Under the pieces are notes generated by a model. That model saw only the letters and a list, made by a program, of their open reading frames with translations, was not told the origin of the DNA and did not search any database. Below are positions 19,529 through 26,056 of a stretch of 62,007 bases of DNA, piece after piece. The DNA is taken from IMG/VR virus record IMGVR_UViG_3300042307_001090, positions 1-62,007 of that record, one strand, 5' to 3'. A program made the translations under genes and the position numbers. Origin of the DNA: a virus. Lineage: Duplodnaviria > Caudoviricetes. Every line of letters starts with the position of its first letter. Position 1 is the first letter of the stretch.

Positions 19529-19568
19529 AGGTTTTTGGTTTTCGTAGCGTTAAAAATCGGAAGACGGA

Positions 19569-19628
19569 GGCTAACCAGTCGGTAGAGCACAACGGCGCTA
19601 CGCGCCGTGGCTCACCTTTTTGTTAGCC
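19569..19628 (+). other. attC site 2 (60 bp, classic 59-base element size)
   Basis: GGCTAAC CAGTC GGTAGAGC ACAACGGCGC TAC GCGCCGTG GCTCACC TTTTT GTTAGCC. Confidence 0.9.
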
Positions 19629-19996
19629 AGAGGGAGAACCGACAAGTCCACCTTGGCTCCGGCGTCGAGGTATAGGTTCCATGCGCGGCGTCCGTGGGGC
19701 TTTGATTGGGCTCCCGTGATGTCGCGGTCTTTTGTTGCCATGATCTGCGCGACGCCACCCTCGTCGATGCCTGCGCGTCGTAGTAGGTCATCATAACCAC
19801 ACGAACCGATGTGGTTCATGAGTGCGTCTTTCAGTGCCTCGCCGTCGATAGCTTTGTCCGTCCACGGCACAGCGATCAGATCGAGGTCTGCTGTCACTGT
19901 TCCGTGAATCGCTAGCGCGTAGCCATTATTTCGGGCCACGTCACAAAGCGCAGGATATAGACAGGCGAAGAAGGGTGCGAAGGTTGCAGGTTTCAT
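19598..19996 (-). CDS. Hypothetical protein, possible minimal nucleotidyltransferase fold (cassette 3)
   Basis: GYALAIHGT...DLDLIAVPW and distal VDLS resemble the hG[S/T]..DxD..D NTase pattern. Confidence 0.6.
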   Translation of the reverse strand: MKPATFAPFFACLYPALCDVARNNGYALAIHGTVTADLDLIAVPWTDKAIDGEALKDALMNHIGSCGYDDLLRRAGIDEGGVAQIMATKDRDITGAQSKPHGRRAWNLYLDAGAKVDLSVLPLANKKVSHGA

Positions 19997-20010
19997 GAAA
20001 GGGAGACAGA

Positions 20011-20104
20011 GGCTAACCAGGCGCTACAGCGAACGACCACGCTAGTCACTCAAATGGTTCGGGTGTCGGGGAGAGGTGGTTGTCTCTGAGCTTAAACGTT
20101 GGGC
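20011..20104 (+). other. attC site 3 (94 bp)
   Basis: R'' GGCTAAC, 5 nt, L'' GCTACAGC ... L' TCTGAGC, 6 nt, R' GTTGGGC. Inner stem GACCAC/GTGGTT. Confidence 0.8.
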
Positions 20105-20478
20105 AATGCGGAATCGGACTTGGGAAAGTAGGCCGCCCACTCTGCTAGCGCTGGGCCTCCGCCTTGGTAGCCGTGGCCGCGAGCGCATTCCAAAGCCTTT
20201 GCCACGCGCCATCCTGCTTCTCGCAGCCGTGCGTTCTCGCGCTCAAACTCGGCGCATAGAGCAACTGGAGCCGCATCATAATCCAGCGTCGCACGAGCTT
20301 CGCGGATGGCGCGGCGCAGGCGCTTGGCGGCAGGATTGCATGTGCATGACTCCTCGGTCACTGGCCAATGCTCTTGCTTAAAGTCGATGCAGTTGCCGCT
20401 GTGGCTTGGCTCGAACTGTGCGACCAATGCAAGCAGCAGCTCGCCAAGCGCCTTGGTGTGGGGGTGAATGGCGCTCAT
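20092..20478 (-). CDS. Hypothetical protein
   Basis: Start MSAIHPH overlaps the upstream stop; ends inside attC site 3. Confidence 0.6.
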   Translation of the reverse strand: MSAIHPHTKALGELLLALVAQFEPSHSGNCIDFKQEHWPVTEESCTCNPAAKRLRRAIREARATLDYDAAPVALCAEFERENARLREAGWRVAKALECARGHGYQGGGPALAEWAAYFPKSDSALPNV

Positions 20479-20738
20479 TGGCTGGCCTTTCTCGCGGTGT
20501 CCGGCTTGTGCAGGCACCAAATGCGCGTGCCGCCGTCTGCTTTAACCATTCGCGCAGACCATACCCACCCAGTATTTACCGAGCGGATCGTTGTAAGAAT
20601 TGTGTGAACGCGACTCGGTGAATAATCCTTTATTGGAATCAAAATTGAGTCACCGACATCCATTTGAAGCAGCGGCCATATCGGGTCTCTCGATGAAGCC
20701 CTGCCAGCCATTGGAGGAATATTTTTATCAATCTTCAT
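20475..20738 (-). CDS. Hypothetical small DNA-binding-like phage protein
   Basis: MKIDKNIPP...WPLLQMDVGDSILI...GTRIW pattern common in phages; ATGA-coupled. Confidence 0.65.
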   Translation of the reverse strand: MKIDKNIPPMAGRASSRDPIWPLLQMDVGDSILIPIKDYSPSRVHTILTTIRSVNTGWVWSARMVKADGGTRIWCLHKPDTARKASQ

Positions 20739-21043
20739 TTCGCGGCCTCCTTCTCAGCCTGCGTGGCGAGGATTAAGGCGCAACAGGCGGCGCGCGGGAG
20801 TGACTTGGATGCAAAGCTGCAATCTTCCTCATGGAGATGAACTTCAAAAATGCCAAGGCAGGGAAGTATATCTATGCCGCATCTATACTTAGCCAAGTAC
20901 GGCAGCACGGCGTCCATCGACGTGGCGTAAGGATCATGGACTATACGATGCCCAAGCGAGTCGGTGAAAAACTTGATTCCCGCCACCTCGACGGCGAACA
21001 CTGCCGACAGTTCGGAGTCGGTGAGTTGGTTTAAGTCGCTCAC
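20735..21043 (-). CDS. Phage ABA-sandwich-like domain protein
   Basis: EL...FAVEV.G...YATSMDAV...SLPRAACCALILA pattern. Confidence 0.55.
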   Translation of the reverse strand: MSDLNQLTDSELSAVFAVEVAGIKFFTDSLGHRIVHDPYATSMDAVLPYLAKYRCGIDILPCLGIFEVHLHEEDCSFASKSLPRAACCALILATQAEKEAAK

Positions 21044-21318
21044 TTCGCACCTCCCTTGATCCCGTTGGCCGCAAGCACTGCGCGTGCGATTGCTGCGCGA
21101 TTTAACTCACCCGTGCTCGTAAAAATATACTCATTGTGTATAGCATCAGCACCTTGCTCCACCATCGCCTCCACGCTCGCGGCGTCGGCGGGCAGGACGA
21201 AAACTGTTTTATCCACAATAACTCCGCATCTTTTGGCGAAGGCTTTTTTCGCCCAAGCCATTCCCGTTATGGTCTCCCACATCTTCCGTGCTTTGATTTT
21301 CTTGGTTTTGGTTTTCAT
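21040..21318 (-). CDS. Hypothetical protein
   Basis: 92 aa ORF translationally coupled to the next gene; ends KGGAK like neighbours. Confidence 0.6.
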   Translation of the reverse strand: MKTKTKKIKARKMWETITGMAWAKKAFAKRCGVIVDKTVFVLPADAASVEAMVEQGADAIHNEYIFTSTGELNRAAIARAVLAANGIKGGAK

Positions 21319-21334
21319 GGTCCTTAAATTTGAA

Positions 21335-21403
21335 TGACGCGGGCGGTCCTATCGTCGCCCCGCTTGGTGGTCCTTTGCAGCTCGTGCAAACCACGCCCGC
21401 GCC
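21335..21403 (-). ncRNA. Putative structured tRNA-like/three-way-junction RNA, copy A
   Basis: Intergenic; same architecture and core sequence as 22313-22382 with compensatory changes. Confidence 0.55.
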
Positions 21404-21418
21404 AAAATTGGGTTTTAA

Positions 21419-21925
21419 TCAGCTCGCAACGCAGAGCTTCAGATATGAATAAAAGGCGTCGTGGTTTGGATTAGGTCCGCCGCGCTTATAGACCTCCCGA
21501 TCGGCCTCCAGGTAAAGCACCTCAAGCTCACCCCAACGCGCGTGCAGGGCCGGCCACGGTTTGCGGCACTGGGCGAGGCGGTCGAAGTTCGCCCGCAGTT
21601 CCGGCACGGCGCGGAGCATGCGATAGCACCTACCGAAATCAGATCCGTCGTGCGGGTAATTGAACTCCGCTTTGAACGGAGGATCAGCCAAAACGCTCGC
21701 CATGTAGCGCGAGCTCAGGCCGGTGTCATTGGAGGCGAGCCACTGAGTAAGCCCCATCGCGGGCTTGGCCATGACGCGCGGGCGTTGGGCTTCGTTGGCG
21801 ATGTCTGTCGCGGCGCGTGCGACGACGTTGACCAGCGCGGAATCGGCTGGGTAGTTCGCAGGGAACGCGCCCAGGATGGCGCTCATGATTGCGATCTGCG
21901 AGGGATGTTCGGGTGTGGTGGACAT
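21419..21925 (-). CDS. Conserved hypothetical phage protein
   Basis: WL...DTGLSS...YPHDGSDFGRC..ML..VPE motif; likely start MSTTPEH. Confidence 0.7.
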   Translation of the reverse strand: MSTTPEHPSQIAIMSAILGAFPANYPADSALVNVVARAATDIANEAQRPRVMAKPAMGLTQWLASNDTGLSSRYMASVLADPPFKAEFNYPHDGSDFGRCYRMLRAVPELRANFDRLAQCRKPWPALHARWGELEVLYLEADREVYKRGGPNPNHDAFYSYLKLCVAS

Positions 21926-21939
21926 GAATAAAAATGGGC

Positions 21940-22310
21940 GCTTCCTGCATCGCCGGCGCTCGGCGGTTATGAATCCGTGCAGGATCGGAAGGTGAATTGA
22001 GCGGGCCGGACGTCTCCATGCATGCGCGGCGTTCAGGTTGCGATTCATCGCAAGGCTTTTCCCATGGGCTGGGCGGTTTGGGCCGTTGGTCGCACCGACG
22101 TGAATTTAAGGCCACGTCGCCGCTCAAATTGATCCCCCGCCGCGAGCGTCCCGAACTACTCTGGCCATCAGGCCAACGGCATCGGGTTGCCAACTACGTC
22201 GCACGCTCGCGCTTATGTTCACCGCATTATTTCGCTTTTCGTTTTGGATGGTGCCGCGAGCACCTAAGCGATGCGGATTCCAGTAGACCTGCGAAGGCAC
22301 GGGGGGAGTG
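21940..22310 (-). ncRNA. Putative structured non-coding RNA block
   Basis: No convincing ORF. Nested inverted repeats (TTGAGCGG/CCGCTCAA, CGCGAGCGT/ACGCTCGCG, TCCCCC/GGGGGA, CCGCAT/ATGCGG, TCCTGCA/TGCAGGA). Confidence 0.4.
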
Positions 22311-22312
22311 GA

Positions 22313-22382
22313 TGGTCTGGGCAGTTCAAAAGCTACCTGCTTGATGGTGTCCTTTGCGCGCTGCGCAAACCACACCCAGACC
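22313..22382 (-). ncRNA. Putative structured tRNA-like/three-way-junction RNA, copy B
   Basis: Outer stem GGTCTGG/CCAGACC-A, hairpin TTTGCGC/GCGCAAA, hairpin GCAG/CTGC. Confidence 0.55.
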
Positions 22383-22448
22383 AAAGTGAGAAAGAACGTG
22401 CCGCAGGTTGCCCGCTGCGGCGCCGGATGCGGCTTTGTTTTTTTTCGC

Positions 22449-22637
22449 TTACCGCGAATACTGCATCGAGCCATCTTTTGCGGCCGCATCATCACCGAGC
22501 AGGATGCGAACCTTGCGACCCTTAACTGACCCCTTTGTGTGATCCGTAGCGGACCACTGACCGTCACGTGAGCGGCGCACATTTGCGAAGCGGCGACTTA
22601 AGCTGTTTTTGATTTCTTTGATTTCGGTGTTTTTCAT
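22449..22637 (-). CDS. Hypothetical small basic protein
   Basis: Start MKNTEIK at GTTATG directly downstream of an operator/promoter motif. Confidence 0.55.
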   Translation of the reverse strand: MKNTEIKEIKNSLSRRFANVRRSRDGQWSATDHTKGSVKGRKVRILLGDDAAAKDGSMQYSR

Positions 22638-22661
22638 AACACCCTCACTCAAACCGCCCGC

Positions 22662-22675
22662 TTGCGCTGACGCAA
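22662..22675. promoter_or_regulatory. Palindromic operator/-35 motif TTGCG-N4-CGCAA
   Basis: One of nine intergenic copies. Confidence 0.7.
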
Positions 22676-22745
22676 GTTTTATTTCGTAGAAACTGCGCGT
22701 CGGTTTGTAATGGACTCGACCGCCTTCACGCCACCAGTCGCGTGC

Positions 22746-23000
22746 TCACTGGATTCCGCAAATCACGGCCGGCGCGCCACCGCGCTTGCTCCAAAAATAA
22801 CGCCACCCCTCATCAACCTCTCGCATCACCTCGACGTTTGAAATCGGATTGCCGAACCGGTCATGGAAAAGCGCGGAATGCTTTTGAGCCGTGCCGACAA
22901 ACGTGCGGGTGTTGGCGATTCGGCTCAGTCGATCTGATTTACCGTGCATGCGAGTTTTCCTCGGCCCCTCACACAGAGCAAGTTCGACTGCCTTGCTCAT
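22746..23000 (-). CDS. Hypothetical protein
   Basis: Start MSKAVEL overlaps the upstream stop. Confidence 0.5.
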   Translation of the reverse strand: MSKAVELALCEGPRKTRMHGKSDRLSRIANTRTFVGTAQKHSALFHDRFGNPISNVEVMREVDEGWRYFWSKRGGAPAVICGIQ

Positions 23001-23350
23001 GCGGCAATCCCTTTCTCCCTTGCAGCGGCCTCGATTTTCTCGGCGCCCGTGTTGTAGCACTTTGACGGCGGCCAGGTCACGTCGCTTACCTTGGCGAGCA
23101 AGCGCAGATTTTTATAGCCGGCCGCGTTTCCCTTCTTTCGCCATGCCTGGGCGGCGTGCACCTGCAGGGCGCTCGGGAAGTGCTGTGACTGTGCAGGCAG
23201 GTCGGCGGCGGTTCCGTTTTCAAGCTCGGCGGCGCGTTGCTTGAGCCTTTCCGTCAGGTTACTGATGTCGCCGTTGAAGGAGCCGAGCAGCGAAGTCATC
23301 ACCATGCAGAACGCGACGCCGATCACGAAGAGAATAAGGAGGACGATCAC
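22997..23350 (-). CDS. Hypothetical membrane-anchored protein
   Basis: N-terminal TM helix then coiled segment; coupled to neighbours. Confidence 0.6.
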   Translation of the reverse strand: MIVLLILFVIGVAFCMVMTSLLGSFNGDISNLTERLKQRAAELENGTAADLPAQSQHFPSALQVHAAQAWRKKGNAAGYKNLRLLAKVSDVTWPPSKCYNTGAEKIEAAAREKGIAA

Positions 23351-23736
23351 AGGCCGCCTCCCTTCACGATCGGAGCGAATCGGTCAGCGCAAGAGCGTGC
23401 TGACATCACAGGATTATTAATCAGGAACGCAGACGCGCAGGCGATTTCAGCGGTCATCACCGGCCTTCCTGCGGCATTGTTCCATGTGGCCCGCACGTCT
23501 ACGGCGGCCGGTATCTTGTCGGCTGGAATGGTGTCGACCGGCACGCGGCCGGCGCCGACATTGGCGAGGATGGTGAATGAGACGCCGGGCATGAGCTCGC
23601 CTAAGCGTGAGATGAAGATTTGCATGGTGATACGAATGGTTCTGGTGGATCGCCGAAGGCGCGAAGCCCTGAGGCTTTTGCGCCAGTCAGCGTCAGTTAT
23701 TGTGTTGAATGCGGACGGCACGAGGTGATGCGGCAT
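23347..23736 (-). CDS. Hypothetical protein (start uncertain)
   Basis: ORF track; may start at internal MQIFIS; overlaps the HTH gene. Confidence 0.45.
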   Translation of the reverse strand: MPHHLVPSAFNTITDADWRKSLRASRLRRSTRTIRITMQIFISRLGELMPGVSFTILANVGAGRVPVDTIPADKIPAAVDVRATWNNAAGRPVMTAEIACASAFLINNPVMSARSCADRFAPIVKGGGL

Positions 23737-23978
23737 ACGCTTGCTTGCGAAACTCCAAGTTCAAGCGCGATTTGCAATTGTCGGACGCCTTCGCGATTGA
23801 GCTGTTTCATGCGAGCTAGCTTTTCCTCTGGGATGCGATTGCCAAGTGACTTAACTCCAGCCTTTTTCAGGATCAAGCACACGGAGGTCTGAGAAATGCC
23901 GCACTCGGCAGCGATGTTCTTTTGCAGCTCACCGCTTCGGCCGAGGCGGATCACCGTGTCGATAGTGTGCTGGTTCAA
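23697..23978 (-). CDS. Tandem helix-turn-helix protein
   Basis: QKNIAAECGISQTSVC and QLQIALELGVSQASVC. Confidence 0.75.
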   Translation of the reverse strand: MNQHTIDTVIRLGRSGELQKNIAAECGISQTSVCLILKKAGVKSLGNRIPEEKLARMKQLNREGVRQLQIALELGVSQASVCRITSCRPHSTQ

Positions 23979-24598
23979 GCGGCACCTCCAATCGGGAAGC
24001 GCTTGCGGCGCTCGGCGATCAGGGCGTCGGCGTATTCGGCGACGATGGCGATGGTCTTATTGGTGCCCCAACTGACATCGGTGGTGCCCAGCGCGGCACT
24101 GGCATAGCGATCCCATGCTTGGCGCTCTTCAGCTGTTACGCTATCAGTCACCTTCTGGGGCGTCGGCGCAGCGTTTACTTGCAGGCCGGCGACAACCTCC
24201 GGAAGTAGTTCGCTAGGCATCAACGCGCGCTTCACCTTCGCCCAATACTTCGCCGTCGCAGGTTTCTTCCAGCCGTCCGGCCCACCGTTCCAGATGCGCG
24301 CCATGTCTTCGAGTGTCGGCTCACGGCCGATGCGCGCGGCATTCGCGTAGTGCGCCAGGTAGGTGCGGCACATATCGACCGCGTGTTGACGCGAAAAACG
24401 CGCCTCTGGTGAGAATCCTTCGCCCTTGGGGTGGCGGAGTATCCTGTTCACGTCGCGCACCGTGATCTCGTGAATTTGCAGGCAGCCAACCGCCAGACCG
24501 CCGTCGCCGACAGCTCGGTCATTCCCGCCCGATTCGACCTCAATCAATGCCGCAATGAGCGCTGATGGGATGTACAAGAGTTCAGTTTTTGTGCTCAT
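23975..24598 (-). CDS. Lysozyme-like/lytic transglycosylase (destabilase-like) with C-terminal extension
   Basis: LIEVESGG...AVG.LQI...ARIWNGGP.G...YWAKV. Confidence 0.85.
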   Translation of the reverse strand: MSTKTELLYIPSALIAALIEVESGGNDRAVGDGGLAVGCLQIHEITVRDVNRILRHPKGEGFSPEARFSRQHAVDMCRTYLAHYANAARIGREPTLEDMARIWNGGPDGWKKPATAKYWAKVKRALMPSELLPEVVAGLQVNAAPTPQKVTDSVTAEERQAWDRYASAALGTTDVSWGTNKTIAIVAEYADALIAERRKRFPIGGAA

Positions 24599-24735
24599 AA
24601 GGCCTCATAAAAAAAATAAGTGATGGTGAGAATCATGAATCCGCAGGCGAGGACCTGAAGGACGGTCGCCGGCTGGTTACGTGACGGGGCCTCAACGCGA
24701 AGCCCCGGGCGGCAGGTGATGCGGGGTTGGCTCAT
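24595..24735 (-). CDS. 46-aa hydrophobic peptide
   Basis: Own translation: MSQPR...VLQVLACGFMILTITYFFYEAL; ATGA overlaps at both ends. Confidence 0.5.
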   Translation of the reverse strand: MSQPRITCRPGLRVEAPSRNQPATVLQVLACGFMILTITYFFYEAL

Positions 24736-25139
24736 GACTGTGCCTCCTTCACCGGCGCCTCAGTGGTCAATCCATCGGCCTCGGCGATCAACGCCTCGGC
24801 TTGAGCGCGGAGCTTCGCGGCTTTCTCGGCGCGAATCTCGGCCGAAGACTTGGTGCTCAGTGAGTCAAGTCGGCTAACGACACGGGCGTGAAGACTGTGC
24901 AGGCCCACCGCGCTGGAGTCGTCAAGGTAGGCTTGGTCCCTATAGGTAGCGTCGGCGCCATTTACCCAGCCGCCGGCGTGGATTGAGACATCAAGTTGAT
25001 CGACGTGCGGCGAGTAGTGAAAGAAAACGTCGGCGACATTTTTAGGAGTCGTCGCGGCAATAGTGAGCAAGTCGTGAAGCACGGCGAGCTGTTCAATCGA
25101 GTAGCCTCGGGTTGAGGCGGTGGAAGTGGTGTTTTTCAT
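24732..25139 (-). CDS. Hypothetical protein
   Basis: Start MKNTTST at GTTATG downstream of an operator motif. Confidence 0.65.
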   Translation of the reverse strand: MKNTTSTASTRGYSIEQLAVLHDLLTIAATTPKNVADVFFHYSPHVDQLDVSIHAGGWVNGADATYRDQAYLDDSSAVGLHSLHARVVSRLDSLSTKSSAEIRAEKAAKLRAQAEALIAEADGLTTEAPVKEAQS

Positions 25140-25163
25140 AACGTCGTTAATCAGGCGCGATGC

Positions 25164-25177
25164 TTGCGCCGACGCAA
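25164..25177. promoter_or_regulatory. Palindromic operator/-35 motif TTGCG-N4-CGCAA
   Basis: One of nine copies; next to hairpin GCGCCGCCGG/CCGGCGGCGC. Confidence 0.7.
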
Positions 25178-25237
25178 GTATTTTTTCGGTGGAAACGCGC
25201 CGCCGGTTTGTAATAGCCGGCGGCGCAGGATTAGCAC

Positions 25238-26056
25238 TTAGGCGGTGCGAACAATGGCGGACGAGACCGGCCAATGGCGAACGCCGGATAACGTGGCGCC
25301 CTCGGGTAGCGACTTCAGCGCGGCCTTTAGCTCGGCGCGCTTCACCGTGAGGGTCACGAGGGATGGATTGATGGCATACAGCGCCGCGATGTCCGTAACC
25401 TCGAAGTCAATGTCATTGCGCGTGCTGACTCCAGAAGGTGTCGCGACCTGCGCGCTGGCGACAACGAGGGCCTGCGCGGCGAGCTGTGCGTCTGCTTTGG
25501 CTTTCGCGGTGGCGGCCTCCTGCTCGGCGCGTAGGCGGGCATCAGCGGCGGCCCGCTCGGCCTGTGCACGTTTCAATGCGTCGGTTTCCTGCGCGGCCTT
25601 TGCGGCGGCTGCGCGTGCATCAGCTTCGGCTTTCTCGCGGGCCTCGCGCGCCTGGCGATCGGCTTCTTCACGGATGCGGCGAGCCTCAGCTTCGGCAGCG
25701 GCACGGGCGGCAGCGGCTTGGCGTTCCTGCTCGGCGTTGAACTCGCCAATTAACAAGCCGATGCGCTTGGCCTCGGCAACGATTTCGGTGGTGAGGTCTT
25801 TTTTGAGCTGGTCGATCTTGCGGCCGAGCTCAAGGACCGGCGCCTTCGCGGTGGCGTGTGAATCGTTGATGGCTTTCTCGAAGGACTTGAGATCGCGCAG
25901 GAGGTTAGTGGCGCGGACGCCAGACTCCGGGCTAGCGATGCGCTGGCCTTTTTTGGCGATGGCAAGCAGCTCGTCGCGCTTGGCGATGGCTGCGGGTAGG
26001 GCCGAGACCTGAGTGGATTCGGCGCCGGTGATGGTAATGAGTGCGTTGGTGTTCAT
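25238..26056 (-). CDS. Ala-rich coiled-coil phage protein (recombination-region type)
   Basis: 272 aa with long E/A/R coiled coil and C-terminal FEVTD domain. Confidence 0.7.
   Translation of the reverse strand: MNTNALITITGAESTQVSALPAAIAKRDELLAIAKKGQRIASPESGVRATNLLRDLKSFEKAINDSHATAKAPVLELGRKIDQLKKDLTTEIVAEAKRIGLLIGEFNAEQERQAAAARAAAEAEARRIREEADRQAREAREKAEADARAAAAKAAQETDALKRAQAERAAADARLRAEQEAATAKAKADAQLAAQALVVASAQVATPSGVSTRNDIDFEVTDIAALYAINPSLVTLTVKRAELKAALKSLPEGATLSGVRHWPVSSAIVRTA

Larger units (their letters stand above)
17882..20098. mobile_element. Array of three integron-type gene cassettes (genes antisense to attC; no integrase in window)
   Basis: Three canonical attC sites. Each cassette's R'' box is the exact reverse complement of the GTTRRRY at its own start. 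Confidence 0.8.

Noticed and set aside
22313-22382. Canonical tRNA gene or c-di-GMP riboswitch
   Set aside because: No D arm, anticodon arm or TTC loop on the transcribed strand. GCAAA/GGAC elements are not in GEMM order.
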